From: an uncultured Verrucomicrobiae bacterium
GTDB taxonomy: Bacteria; Verrucomicrobiota; Verrucomicrobiia; Limisphaerales; Palsa-1400
Direction: 5' to 3'
Assembly: GCA_963702845.1 (NCBI GenBank)
Contig: OY969763.1
Span: forward strand, 3,424,001 to 3,488,000
Length of the DNA stretch: 64,000 bases
Below are positions 29,271-42,300 of this stretch, piece by piece (positions within the stretch are counted from its first letter, which is position 1; each line of letters begins with the position of its first letter). The position numbers and the translations under genes are program-made. The notes under the pieces are model-generated. The model saw only the letters and a list, made by a program, of their open reading frames with translations. It had not been told where the DNA came from and searched no databases.

Positions 29271-30046
29271 TACCAGCTACCTCCTGCACCGCCGCCGCCG
29301 GTGCTGCCACCACCGCCTGAAAAGCTGCCGCCGCCGCTGAAGTCTCCTCCACCACCAGACCAACCGCCGCCGCTGGACATCCCACCCGTCCAAAAACCAC
29401 CACCGGAGTAGCCGCGGTTATGGATCGTGTAACCACGACGCATCGTGGACCGCGCTATCAAGATTGGAATCAGGACGAACAGAAACATCAGGACGAACGG
29501 CCACATCGCTTGATTACCGCCGCGCCCGCGTTGTCGTTCGGCAACGGTGCGTCCGGTGCCTTTGTATTCGCCTTTCGTGGCGGCGATAACAGCATGAACA
29601 CCTGCGGTGACACCACCGTTGAAGTCGCCTTGTTTAAAGCGCGGAACGATTTCGTTTTCGACGATGCGCTTGCAAGTTACGTCTGGCAGCGCTCCTTCCA
29701 AACCGTATCCGGTTTGAATGAAGAGCTTGTGGTCCTGGATGAAGATGAAAAGGACGACGCCGTTGTTTTTCTCCTTGGTGCCGACTCCCCAACTTCGAAA
29801 TACCCGAACGGCGTAATCTTCAATCGCGGAATCCGTTTCCATTTTCGGATAAATGGCGACGACAAATTGATTGCCAGTATCGCGCTCGAACTGTGTGAGT
29901 TCGTTGTTTAGCTGTGTCGCGGTGCCCGGCGAGATGACGTTTGCGTAGTCGTTGAAATGGTTCTTAGGTGCAGGCGGAATGACTTCCTTCGCCTGCGCGA
30001 TTGCGCAACAAAGCGTCAGCCACAAGATGACAATAGCACGCGTCAC
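29270..30046 (-). CDS. TPM-domain (YgcG/DUF477) membrane protein with Gly-rich tail
   Basis: NDYANVI, WGVG..NNGVVL, GYGLEGALPD and a GGGGAGGSW end. Confidence 0.9.
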   Translation of the reverse strand: MTRAIVILWLTLCCAIAQAKEVIPPAPKNHFNDYANVISPGTATQLNNELTQFERDTGNQFVVAIYPKMETDSAIEDYAVRVFRSWGVGTKEKNNGVVLFIFIQDHKLFIQTGYGLEGALPDVTCKRIVENEIVPRFKQGDFNGGVTAGVHAVIAATKGEYKGTGRTVAERQRGRGGNQAMWPFVLMFLFVLIPILIARSTMRRGYTIHNRGYSGGGFWTGGMSSGGGWSGGGGDFSGGGSFSGGGGSTGGGGAGGSW

Positions 30047-30684
30047 GGTTTAGCGGCTGGAGCTTTGGAGTTGAAGTCGAACTGCACTTTGGGCGCGGTT
30101 TCAGCGCCGGGCGTGGCGGTAAAATATGGCTTTTCTTTAAAACCCATCGCTCCGGCGTAAAGCAGGGTCGGAAACGATTTCAGGCGCGTATCGTACGATT
30201 GAACGGCGTCGTTAAAATCCCGACGAGCGACCGCGATGCGATTTTCAGTGCCTTCGAGCTGCGCCTGAAGGTCACGGAAATTCGCATTGGCCTTTAGGTC
30301 CGGATAGCGTTCGACGACGACGAGCAACCGCGACAATGCCGACGAGAGTTGCCCCTGAGCTTTGTCGAATTGAGCGAGCGTATTGGCATCGGCAGGCGCG
30401 ACGTTTGGGTTGATGTTCACCTTACCCACAGACGCGCGCGCTTCGGTGATATCGGTCAAAGTCGATTTTTCGAAGTTCGCGGCACCGGAAACCGTGTTCA
30501 CAAGATTGGGGACGAGATCAGCGCGGCGTTGGTAGTCGTTTTGAACCTGCGCCCATTTGCTGTTCACGTTTTGGTTGTCGACATTGAGACGGTTGTAGCC
30601 GCCGATGCCAGTTACCGCGACAATGATGACAAAGAAAATGAAAATGGCGATGAGCCCACCGACGACGATCAAAAGTTTCTTCAT
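30043..30684 (-). CDS. lemA: LemA family protein
   Basis: YQRRADLVPNLV, ERYPDLKAN and QLEGTENRIAVARRDFN. Confidence 0.95.
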   Translation of the reverse strand: MKKLLIVVGGLIAIFIFFVIIVAVTGIGGYNRLNVDNQNVNSKWAQVQNDYQRRADLVPNLVNTVSGAANFEKSTLTDITEARASVGKVNINPNVAPADANTLAQFDKAQGQLSSALSRLLVVVERYPDLKANANFRDLQAQLEGTENRIAVARRDFNDAVQSYDTRLKSFPTLLYAGAMGFKEKPYFTATPGAETAPKVQFDFNSKAPAAKP

Positions 30685-30904
30685 AATTCGTTATTCGTTC
30701 AACAACGGTTTACGCCACCTCACAGTATCGCACAATTACAATAGCGGGCGACGTTTGTAGAACCGGCAAAAGGAGAGTTCGCAACACATTCTGCACACAA
30801 GATGCTGATTTTGAGCAGCAACGATGACTGAGCGCACTTGGCGCAGTTCTAGCTACAGCTCATAATTAAGATATTTGATAAAAACTTAAACGATCGGAGC
30901 CACT

Positions 30905-32209
30905 GTGCAAACCGAAGAAATTTCAATGAACCGCGCCGGGTTGGAACTACCTCGCGCGCATAAAATATTTTTTGTCGAAGACGACAAAGAAATAGTCGCC
31001 ATCTACAAAGAATCGCTCGAGCAACAGGGATTTGTTGTCGAGTCGGCGGAGGACGGATTGCAGGCCATCAAGATGGTTCGACTGGTTCAGCCCGATGTCA
31101 TCGTTCTGGATTTGCTCATGCCGAAGTTAAACGGCGTTGACGTGGTCAAATATGTGCGAAACCACGCGGAAACCGCGAAAATTCCTATCGTCATTCTTTC
31201 GAACGCATTCATGAGTGACCTGGTGCAGCGCGCAGCGGATGCGGGCGCGAACATCGGTTTACTCAAATCGAATTGCACCCCGAATAAATTGATTGGCGTA
31301 ATCAACAACGTTCTCGCGGGAGACGAGTTTGATACAAAGCACATGTCGCTGCTGGCGGCGCCGTTGCGAGATAAACGCGATGCTTCCACGGCCTTCACTC
31401 CCCCGGCAGCACCTGAAATACCACAATCACAGCCTCGGAACCTATCTGACATTCCACAGGAGCGGCCCAGTGCCGGTGGAACACAAATGCGGCATGCGTT
31501 CACCGTGACCGAGGCGCGCACCATTACGGAAATGCGCGCGCTGTGGCAAAATGTTTTACTGCACGACGGAGTGGCTGCACAGAAGCTCGCCATGAATGAG
31601 ATTTGGACGAAGCTGCGTACGGTCAATGCCAGCGCGACGGCAGCTGGGTGTGTGTATATCGCTCGATTTACGGGCGCCGTGGAAAGCCTCTTGCGCGATC
31701 TCAACTCGGATCCTGAGAGCATCAATTATTCACGGATGTTGACCGTCGCCGAAGGCATCGACTTTCTCAAACATCTCTTTAACGCAACCGGTGGTGTCAA
31801 TTTCGGCAGCCCCAACCCGAGTAGCGTGTTGTTAATCGATCCCGATATTGAATTCGCTTTCACACTAGAAAGAGCGTTTGCGAACTTCAACTTGCGTCTT
31901 ATCCAGGCGACAGATTCGGCAACCGCTTCATTGCTGTTGGAACGAGATACGTTCGATTTGATGCTCGTGGAGAGCGATCTTCCGGACGTCTCTGGATTCA
32001 ATTTCTCTTTGGGCACACGCTCATTACCAGCTCACGGCAAGACTCCGATCATGTTCGTGACCTCGAAGCTTGACGTCGATAGTCGGGCGCATGCCGTTTT
32101 ATGCGGCGGCCAAGAAATCATAGGCAAACCGTTGTTGGCAAGTGAAGTCATTGTCAAAGTGCTGATGCAAATTATGCACGATCAAATCGACGCCGCGAAG
32201 CCAGCCTGA
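30905..32209 (+). CDS. Response regulator: REC - Hpt-like helical bundle - degenerate REC
   Basis: FVEDD..VLDLLMP..K first receiver; helical middle region; LLIDPD..LVESDLP..IGKP second receiver; no DNA-binding domain. Confidence 0.8.
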   Translation: MQTEEISMNRAGLELPRAHKIFFVEDDKEIVAIYKESLEQQGFVVESAEDGLQAIKMVRLVQPDVIVLDLLMPKLNGVDVVKYVRNHAETAKIPIVILSNAFMSDLVQRAADAGANIGLLKSNCTPNKLIGVINNVLAGDEFDTKHMSLLAAPLRDKRDASTAFTPPAAPEIPQSQPRNLSDIPQERPSAGGTQMRHAFTVTEARTITEMRALWQNVLLHDGVAAQKLAMNEIWTKLRTVNASATAAGCVYIARFTGAVESLLRDLNSDPESINYSRMLTVAEGIDFLKHLFNATGGVNFGSPNPSSVLLIDPDIEFAFTLERAFANFNLRLIQATDSATASLLLERDTFDLMLVESDLPDVSGFNFSLGTRSLPAHGKTPIMFVTSKLDVDSRAHAVLCGGQEIIGKPLLASEVIVKVLMQIMHDQIDAAKPA

Positions 32210-32211
32210 TC

Positions 32212-35200
32212 TTAGTTCCCGATTACGCGATAGTAGCGTGAGGGCGCAACCAACGGTGCAAGTCGGCGATTCTGGCCGAAATCCGAGAAACTCGTAATCG
32301 GCGATGTGGCGTTCGTATTTCCTACTAATTGCCATTGATCACTGAATGCATCGCGAGACTCGATGCGCAACGACGTGCCAACGGGCGCGCTGATTTGAAC
32401 ATGCGTTGCTCCCAGTTCGTTGGGCGGAAATCAGTTCGATTGCGTTAAACAGGGAGGGCACATCCAATAAACTCACATCAAAGGAGACATTGTCCCACGT
32501 TGTTGCCCATGCGTTGTTCAACTGAACAGCAATAGTGTTCGTGCCAACCGTCAGCAGATTTTGAAACGGCGTCAGGTCGAAATACTTTGTTTCGTTACCA
32601 TCGGAACTGACGGCGTTAATTCCGGATGTGATAATCTCCAAACCGTTTATCCACAATCGAAGTGGATACGTGGTGCCGGCAAAGTCATCCGTGCAATTGG
32701 CCTCCAGGAGGAGCTCTTCGAAATCAATGTCGCATAATGTGAATGTCGTTCGAAAGTAGTAAGACGGCTTGAACGCGGGAAGAGGTGTCGCAATGTTTGT
32801 CGGCCCACTTCCAGCGCCGAATTTTGCGGCACCGATTGGCCAGACGGTATCGGCAAAATTCGTAGTAAACCATGAGGCTGCGGGAGTGCTGTTGAAGTAC
32901 CGCCACGGCGATCGGAACGGAAGCAGGACGTTCCAATGTGAATCGCTCAGCGGTGGCAGAGCACGAAAGAAAATATTATCGAGATAGATTGAGCCACTCG
33001 CGGGTGATGCACTTTGGAATCGATGGCGCAGTTCCACATTCGGGAAACCGACCGGCATCGTGAACACTCGATTCAAGTAAGTCCAAGGCGTTGCTGTTGG
33101 GCCAATGGCAAGCGGAGGCGTGAAGTAGTTCGGAAAAGGAAAAGTTGGACGCGCATTGTGGTCGTCGCCTGTCAATGATGAGGTCCATTCGAACCAATTC
33201 GTTGTCGCGGTTGTTAGACCGCCACTTTGCATGTATCCACCGAAACTGTAGAGCGTGCCGGCGCTGACGGGAAGGTAAGAACGCGGGGTGCCGTAGACGA
33301 CGTACTGATTCAGATCCGTCAGTCGTCGTTTGGTTCCGCAGTTCCACCTGCATGGATTGATGGCCCTGGAAAGCGTTGCTCGACCCAATAACATTTGTCC
33401 ATGGAAGATTCCCCGTATCCCATTTGTCCCAATGACTGTTGTCGTTCTCTTCGAAACCAGCATTTGCAATAAGGTTGCCATTGAGCAACGAAAGAACTGC
33501 GAACGGCGCGGAACGAACCTCTCTGCCGTTCACAATGGCTGCGAGTTCATAGATATATTGCCATCCGACATCGAAACCAGAATCAGTGTAATTGGTAGCG
33601 CTGTTTGGGAGAGTTGCGACCAGGTTGAAAACGCCAGTTTGGATCGGATGCGCGATAAAGCGATAAGCAGAAACAATGTTCGTCCCCTGCTCTGCCCATT
33701 CGAAATAGGCTTTTTCGTAACCGCCGATTTTTTTGGTCACGATCGGCGTATTTGGCGGAAATAGTGAGCGGACCAAGATTGCCGTCGCGTCGCGCGTTGC
33801 CACGATGTGTCGCCCATGAAACATTTGTCGCGTTATTGGCGCCGAAATTTTGGACGTAAACCTGACCGGCGAGAGAACGATAGACGACATCAAGCGAACC
33901 GTCGCCATTCACGTCCGCAAGAAACGGGATATGTTTGAGACCACCGGGGACATTCAGCTGTTTGTTTCAACGTCCCATCCAACGCAAAAACATAGAGAGC
34001 GCCACTGGATGGGTTGTGCGCCGGATCGTAGGTGCCGATAACGAGTTCCTGCTGACCATCACCATCAACGTCGCCGACAACAGGTGGAGTTGGAATGAAC
34101 GGGAAAAAATTCTTCGGCCAGCCCGGTCGATCGACCAATTCAACACCGTTCCAGGTGCGGAAATTAATTTCGTATGAGTGCGTGAAACTGACAACGTCGA
34201 TGCGATTGTCGTGATCAGGATTAATCGGGAAAGCGCAGGCGTTGTTAAACCAACCATTGTTGTTCGTGATCGTGACCGCCTGTTTCCATTTACGCCACAG
34301 GAGCGCGCCATCATCGTCGAGAAATGATTCATGGGGTTGCCACAAACAATTGAATTGGGTCGTGACTGAAAGCACTTCGTCCAGGCCATCGCCATCAATG
34401 TCACAGGGATAAATATCAATGCCTTGTTGATAGAAACCAGAAGTCATGCGCAAATTCTTGCCAAACATTTTGTGCAGTTGACCATTGCCATAGAAACCAA
34501 AGGGCTTGGATTTATCAAAGCAAACGATGCTGTCGCTGTCGTTGAGCACATAGGTTTCGAGTCCCCCTGCGGTTTGCGACCGACCGAGCCCGAGACCTGA
34601 TTCGACGAGCTGGTGGAGATGGTAAACGTAATCTTTTGCACCGGTGAGCGCGTTAAAAAACACAACACCGCCGGACCACGACTCTCCAACAGTGCCCCAT
34701 TCGCCACCGCCAAAGATGTCGTTGATAAAGGGGTTGTAATCCTGTTGACCACCATCGGGTCAGGATCGATCTTCCACGCAGTCGCAATTTGTTTTACGCC
34801 AGTGCCACCGAAGTCGGCAACATCGGCGACGAAACTTGTGAGGAGAACACCGCGTTCGCCGGTAATGTCGGCATGAAATTGATTATCTGTCGTCAGATAG
34901 AATCCATTGGTGACAACCTGATAGCCGCTTTGCGGAATGTAATTTTGATAGGTTACGGCGTTTGACCACATGACCGAGCCGTTGCCGCGCAGTGCGATGA
35001 GTCCGTTGCCGCGATAAAAATAATCTCCATTTTGCCATCGCCATCGAGATCATAGAGCGTCGGCGAAGTATTCATCTCATCGGAACCGCTGCTATAGGGA
35101 AACCCGGCAGCGCGTGCCGTTCCATTTAAAGGCATCGAGGAACCATTGACCGTTATTGTCTCGATATGGAACAACAATCTCCAAGGCGGAATCCGAATCC

Positions 35201-35409
35201 AAATTTCCTACAGCAAGTGTGCCCATGTGCCAACCGCCTGTGCCTGCCTGAAAACTGGACAGCGTTGTCGCGGTAGCCGTGGAGTAAGAGAAAAGCAGAC
35301 ATGCAGAAGCCCATATTGCGACAGAGAATAAGTTTCTGAAGCAATTGAACTCCTTAATCTGACAACGGCAGAACCGTGTCGCGCCCACAATACCTTTGGC
35401 GCGTTGCAT
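32212..35409 (-). CDS. Secreted FG-GAP-repeat protein with carbohydrate-binding-like domains and RYYRV tail (multiple frameshifts; start uncertain)
   Basis: Joined ORFs 35092..35472, 34953..35177, 34444..34971, 33890..34663, 33583..33912, 32976..33908 and 32339..33481 carry DLDGDGKMEI, DIDGDGLDEV, DVDGDGQQEL, NLIANAGFE and SPWRY..FGAG. The hand-translated end is ..DQWQLV..SRYYRVIGN-stop at 32212. Confidence 0.7.
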
Positions 35410-35504
35410 GCCCCCATAGGTAGCTCGAAACGTGCCACGACTGCTATTCAGGCGGTCGCGATTACGAAACAAAGACAGTTGCCGAGTCGCCGAAAAAGGA
35501 GAAT

Positions 35505-35756
35505 TTGTATATGAACATCATCGTTTATAAAAAAACCGGCTGTCCCTGGGCGCAGGATGTTGAAGACTTCCTGAAGGAAAAGGGGCTTCAATACGAGGAA
35601 AGAGACATGATGAAGAAATCGCAATATCGGGATGAAGCGCAGCAACTATCAGGGCAGTCAAGGAGCCCGACGGTGATTATCGACGACAAAGTATTTCCAG
35701 ACACTGATGTCGACCATCTTGAAGAATATTTTGAATCGCGCGGTGTCGGCGTTTAG
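35505..35756 (+). CDS. Glutaredoxin-like protein (monothiol CPWA)
   Basis: IVYKKTGCPWAQDV..YEERD..SGQSRSPTVIIDD. Confidence 0.85.
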   Translation: MYMNIIVYKKTGCPWAQDVEDFLKEKGLQYEERDMMKKSQYRDEAQQLSGQSRSPTVIIDDKVFPDTDVDHLEEYFESRGVGV

Positions 35757-36341
35757 CGCTGTAACAAACGTCGAAGTTGCGTCCGCGGGCGCCTCGATCG
35801 TCGTATCGGTCCAAACGACAAAGTCTGACTGGCGCTATTTTTCTTATCAACCGGCCATTGAGCGGCGATTCGGTTCTGAAGCTCTTCGTCGCTCCAACCG
35901 CGTTGGCGCAGACGAATGATTTGGGTTTCGTTGTGAACACGCAAGGCAGACTGTCGCGCTGAAAATGCAGATTGAGCGTTGGTTTCAAATAGCAGCGGGA
36001 TGATACGCGGCTGCTGCGTTTTATTTTCGTCTCGCCATTGTTGCGCGGCGTCAAACCACACTGCACGGAATCGTCGGATGCAGAATCGATTCCAATTTGG
36101 CGCGCTTAACGGGATCGCGAAATACTTCCGCAGCGAGTTCCCTCCGTAAGAGTTCTCCTTTTTCGTTGATCAATTGATCGCCCAATTCGCGTTTGATTTC
36201 GTTTAAAGCCGGTTGACCGGTTTGCACGATATCTCGCGCAATCTGGTCGGTATCAATTACTGCAACCCCAAGTTTTTGCAAAATACCGGCGGCAGTGGAC
36301 TTTCCCATTCCAACTCCGCCAGTTATTCCAAAAAGCGTCAC
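35753..36341 (-). CDS. coaE: Dephospho-CoA kinase (frameshift near 36060)
   Basis: GITGGVGMGKST, IDTDQIARDIV, LESILHP, IIPLLFE and RIAAQWP. Confidence 0.9.
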
Positions 36342-36345
36342 GTTG

Positions 36346-39300
36346 TTAGTGAGGCATGCGGAATGCGCGATAGTAACGGGTCGATGAACCCGTTGCCGCG
36401 CTATCGGTGATGGTAAATGTCCCGCCGACTGGCGTGTTGGTGCTGATCGTAATCCAGTTCGTCAGATCAGTTGAGAATTGCGACGATGTATGGTTCGCCG
36501 GTTTGACCATTAAGTGTTAATCTGGAAGCCGGTTCCATGCTGGTATGTGCCAGTCAACTGGGCGCTGGCAGCTTGAGTGACCGTGTTGACAAACGATGCG
36601 GTGTTGTCGATTCGTATACAGATCAGTGCATCGGCTGAAACAGTTGCGCTGAATTAGTCATGGCTCCAGAGGCTAACAGCCTGAACGCGAATGAATGCCG
36701 ACCGGACTGGAACCTGAAGCAAGCGATGGGAGACGGCAGTTAAGAAGATTGCCGCTGACGTCTGTGGTGCCGGATGCGATGGATGCAGAGACCAACGACA
36801 CGCCGGCCGGCAACGTGTCAGAAATCACAACATTAGTTGCGGCCGCAGGACCGGCATTATCAACTGTGACAACGTAGTCGACTAAATTGCCCGTGAGCAG
36901 GCTGGCAGGCGTGCCGGCCATGGTCAATGAAAGCGCTGCAGCCGGATTGACAGTATTTGCCACAGTCAATGTCAGCGACCAACCACCAATGCTACCTGAA
37001 TTACCCGCAGCGTCGTCGAGAACGTAGAGCGACCACGTTCCGTTCGCAGGGCTGCCGTTGAGCGCGCTCATCGTTGTGCTGGACGTGCCTGAGAATGCCG
37101 GGAAATGAAGTTGGCGAAAATGCGGAAGGTTTATAGCTGCCAGAAGTAATCTGCGCGGTGGCCGACAGATAGCTTGCTGCAGCGTCGTCCACTGTAATAT
37201 CGACATTGGCAATGCTATGCGCGCCGCCGCAATGTGCCATTGCGATGACACTTTGGCCGGTTGGGCTGACGAGCAGAACGTTGACGTCGTTCGGGAACGT
37301 ATGGGTTACCTTGCTCAGCTTGAGCACAGCTTTGCTGACAACACCCGGAACGTTCGAGATTGTGATCGTTGATGGATAAGGCGAAGCCGGTCCGGCTGAA
37401 GGAATTGTGACGCCCACGCCATTGGTGTATGAACTGGTTGTGGGAACTACGAACGAAAACGTTGGCGCGGGAAATTCATAGACGCCGTCTGCTAATGCCA
37501 GCTGAAGCACATTTGTGCTGCCCGCCGGCTGTGTTCCGATGAACGAATAGGTTGCAATAACGCTTGCTCCTGGAGCGATGCTGCCGAACTGCTGGAAGCC
37601 GATAATCGGAACGACGCCGCCGTTGTTTTGGACCTGGCTTTGTAGGTTCGTGGTCGCAGCGGTCCCAATATTCTTCAACGTGATCTGGATCGTGACAGTT
37701 TCGTTCGGGTCAACAGCACCGTTTTGAACGCCGTTTTCTAACACCAGTTTGACACCCGTTGGAACGATCACTGGCACCGGTTGCAGAACCGTTGAAGGGA
37801 TGGCAACTGAATTGTCTGCGTTATTTGCATCCGATGAACCGCTGACAACAGCTATAGTGTTGGTGACAAGCCCAGCAATGCTCGGTGCTACTGTAATCGT
37901 TGCGGTTGCCGCCGAATGAGGCGCCATGTTGCCAAACGCAATCGTCACGAGATTGCCACTTACACCGGCTGTGCCCTGGCTCGCAGTCGAATTGACGTAA
38001 GTGAAACCGGCGGGCAGCGGGTCGGTCAACGTCGCATTGAGAGCAACGTTCGGACCGCGATTCGTTACACCGATCGTGTAAACGAGATTATTGCCGATGG
38101 TAATTGGGTTGACTGAAGCCGTAGCGGACAGACCAAGATCAACAATTGGCAGAGCGACATTCACGGAAGGCGTCGCTGTATTGTTGCCAAAGTTAGCATC
38201 GAGTTCATTGGCACCGACACTTACCGAGTCCGTTTGTGTTCCGACAGCAGTTGCCTTTGCGGTAACGGTGAAGATCACATTACTGCCCAACGCAAGTTGT
38301 GGGAGCGTGAACACGATCGTTTGGCCGCTGGTTGTGTAAGTTGATTGTGGCGGGCCGGAAACGGAGACGAGCGACAACCCTGCGGAAAGCACGTTTGTCA
38401 TCTTCACGCCTGTCGCGGCAGCCGGGCCATCGTTCTTGACCCCGAGTTGGAACGTTACATTGTCACCAACCAAAGCTGATGTCGGCGTTGCCGGATTTAA
38501 TCCAGCGGTGACTGCCAGTTCAACCAGAGGATTGACCGGCTGGGCCGTCGTAATTGCAATGCTCCAACCACCTGCGATACTGCCTGAATCGCCCGTTGAA
38601 TCATCAGCTACATACAATGACCATGAGCCGTTTGGATTGGAGCCTCCGAAAGCAGCAATATTTGCGTCATAAGGTCCGACAGGCGGCGCGGGCGCGTTGG
38701 TTGGGAACACATAAGCAGGCGTATAGGACGCCGGCGCGTAACGCGTGGAAATCAACTGATTGTCGCTCGGGATTATCGTAGAAGCCGCAGAATCAAAGAT
38801 AGGGCTGATATTCGACACTGGAATGTCGCCACCGGCGTGGGCCATCAGAATCGATTTGCGTCCTGTAGGATGCACAACAAGCGTGCCGATATCTTGCGGA
38901 AACGTATGTGACAGCCCCGCCAACGTCACAGCGACTCGCGACACAAAGCCAGTGATACCTGACACCTGGATCGTGGACGGATATATCGAAGCGGCCTTCG
39001 GTCCGGAAGCCGTGGCATCAAGAATGGTAATTGCTGCGGAATTCGAAAACACCGTCGTGGTCGGAAGCGCAAACGTATAATTGATCGTCCCAACATTGGT
39101 ACCGTTATTTTGAACTTGAAGAGTGGCTGTGACGCTGCCGCCGTTTGTCCCAGTCGCAGCAAACGTAAATGGAGCCGAACCAATGCCATTGACTCCAATG
39201 GCACCATAGGACTGCTGGCCGCTTGGGGAATTCACGCCATTTCCAGACAACAAGGTCGCCGTAACCGATGATGCAGTGATGTTACCCTGGTTCTGCAAGC

Positions 39301-42300
39301 GCAGTTGGAGCGTTACAGTTTCGCCGATGTCGATAGTGCCGTTTGCAGGCGGGATACTTTCAGCAGTGAGCGTCGCTCCTGCGCCAGCAATCTTGATAAA
39401 GGGCTGCTGCACTGGTGTGTGCAAGATAAAGTTATTATTGGCAGTGTTCGGATCATTCTGAACCGAAGACACACTTGCCGCCGACAGAATGGTCGTCGGC
39501 AGTGCCGGAGCTTTCGCATAAACAATCGCAGTAACGACCGCGCCGGGCTGCATTGTCCCGATGTTTGCGGTCACGGCGCCGTTCTGATTCGAGATTGTTC
39601 CCGTCGTGATCGTGTTACTGAGAATGGTCGCACCACCTTGCACCGACTGAGACATTTGCACCGCCTGGGCAAGGCTCGGACCGTGGTTCACAACCGTGAT
39701 GGTGTAGGCGAAGTTGCTATTCAGAAGAACGCTGGCCGGATTCGCAACCATGGTGATTTCGAGGTCAGCAGCGGGATTCACGGTCGTCGAAACGGAGGCA
39801 TGGTTGTTTCCGGTGACAGGATCGAAAATAAAGCTGTCGGACGCTACTTGTGCAGAGGCATTGAAGATCCCCACGGCTGTTGGGCTGACGACAATCGTCA
39901 CTGTCGCTGTGGAACCTGCGGAGATATTGCCGAGGAGCGTTAAAATACCTGCCGAAGAATTTGCAAACATTCCCTGGCTCGTGGTCGAAGAAATAAATAC
40001 CACGTTCGCCGGCAGGAGGTTCGTTAGAACGACCCCTGTCGCAGTGAACGGCCCATTGTTGGTGACAACCATGGTGTAGGTAAGCGTTCCACCGGCGAGG
40101 ACGGGGTTCGGAGCTCCAATCATTGTCACCGCAATATCAGCAGTTGGCTTTTCGACGCGTGTTGTAGCGGTTGCCGAGTTGTTCGAATGATCCCCGTCGA
40201 CTGAAGGCGAACCAACATTCGCGGTGCTGGAGATGATCCCGTTGGTCAGCGGCGTAACAGTGACGGTCACGGTCGCAGTACCGTAAACAGATAAGCTGCC
40301 GATGTTAGCAGTGACGGTGCTCAACGACTGATTCACGGCTCCTTGCGTCGTTGTTGCGGAAACGAATTGAACGCTCGGGGGTAGCGATTGGTTCAAGACC
40401 ACCGCCTTCGCCGTCGCCGGGCCGAGGTTCGAGACAACCATCGTGTAAGTGAGGTTGCTGGTGACGAGCACTGGATCCGGGTTGTCGGTTATTGTGAGCG
40501 ACAGGTCTGAACCAGGACATTCGCCGCCGCCGTCGGTGCATACATATGGGGCGATCGACAACGACCAACAATTGAGCGTGCCAACGTCAATAAATACCTG
40601 ATCCACGATGTGCAGATACCAAGTGCCATTGACGTTGGTGCCGGTTTTAAGATTAAACGTGGCGAGCGCTTGTTGCGGTTGGAAAGAACCGACATATGGC
40701 GGCAAACCGGCAGTTATTGAATTCGTCGCATTGTCGTCGAATGTCGTGCGATTTGAATCTGGCGTGCAGTTGATGCCGTAGTTGTCACCATTAAAGCCGT
40801 TATTTTGCGACAGGAGAACTTTGGTACCGTCGGGCGCGATGAGTTCCATCATCAAATCGGAATCGAAGGTATGGGAGATAAACATTGACGCGGTCACGTG
40901 GGCAATCCCACCCAGAATATTTGTCACGGTTATCGGCGACATGATGCCGGTCTGATTAGCGTCAGGGATTACGACGGCGGTGTTGTTCTGGAATAAAATG
41001 GGAGCCCCATTTGTGCCGGTGAGAATTGTGATAGCGTTCGTCCGAATGTCCTGGTCCGAAGTGATGATGAGGTCAAACTGGAGCGGCGTGCCGCAGACCA
41101 GTTCAGGAGTCGTGCTGATCCCGAACGGCGTCAGACAAACAGCCGCATTTGTACCGGGAATGACGGGCCAGGTTGAAAAAGGTTGAGTGACAAACACACC
41201 GACGGTCTTTGAAATCAGTTTTGCGGAAATGCTTCCGACGATGAGCGTGCCCCGGTTTGTAAGGGTAATATTCATCTGGTTGCATTCGTCGGGATCGACG
41301 ATTCCGTTATTGTTGCCGCCGAGGAGCGAGTTGGTGAAATAGCCAAGGCCAGGAATATTGTATGATTCGATAACGCCGACAGTCGTCGAATTGATCGGAA
41401 CGAACGCTCCCGCACCCATACCCCGCTTGGCGAATCCGCGCCAGATTTCATCGGCATTTGCTGCGTTGTTGTCAATACGGTCAGCTGCGAGGATTGCATC
41501 GCGAGATTCAAGAAAGGTCGGATTAGCCGGACAGAGCTTCATCGCGTCAGTGGTGAGCTGCAGCATTTTCTGGTTGCCAATGTCGCCATATTTGGTGATG
41601 AGGTTTGCGCGCACTTCCCAAAGAGCACTGCACCAAACTTCGCCTGCATGATGCACTTCGTCCGCTTCGTTCGGATCAAACGGTGAGTAGACGGGGCTGT
41701 ACGGAATGCCGGTGTGCGGACTGACTTGGGTTGGGTCGATGTCCTTTAGGGTAAACGGATTCTTGCTCATGTCCGTTGTATAAGGATAGTGACGAACACC
41801 AAAGTAGTAGTTCGCGGTCATGCCAAAGAACTGATAGGTATCGTAACCGCCGAGAGCGTAATTGCCATTAACATCATCGCCTGGCTGGCTGAGAAGGGAT
41901 AATGCGTAGAAGTCCGACCATCCTTCTCCCATTTCGGACGGTTGTAGTTCGGTGATCGAAACACCGCCGCCAACAAGGCGCGTGCTTACGCCATGCGTAC
42001 TCTCGTGCAGGTAAACTTCCTGATCCACAGCGCCGTCACGAATTGGCGTTGGGAAATCGAAAACAAATTCAACAATATGACCAGATTGTCCGTCCGGTGC
42101 CGATAGGAAGAATGAGTTATCAGCGATTCCAACATCGGCGCCAAATTGCGTGTGCGCAATAATCGGATCCCCACCCAAGCCACCACGATTAAAATTATTT
42201 TGCTGATAGTTACCAGCAGCTTCGGTAAAGCCATAACCGTAGAGCGTGTCGTGATACCAATTTTGCCAATAAAACATATGAACCACTGAAGCATCTGAAT

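Noticed and set aside
28836..30684. LemA-TPM-TPM operon as a novel system
   Set aside because: This is a widespread, well-known gene trio with nothing unusual here.
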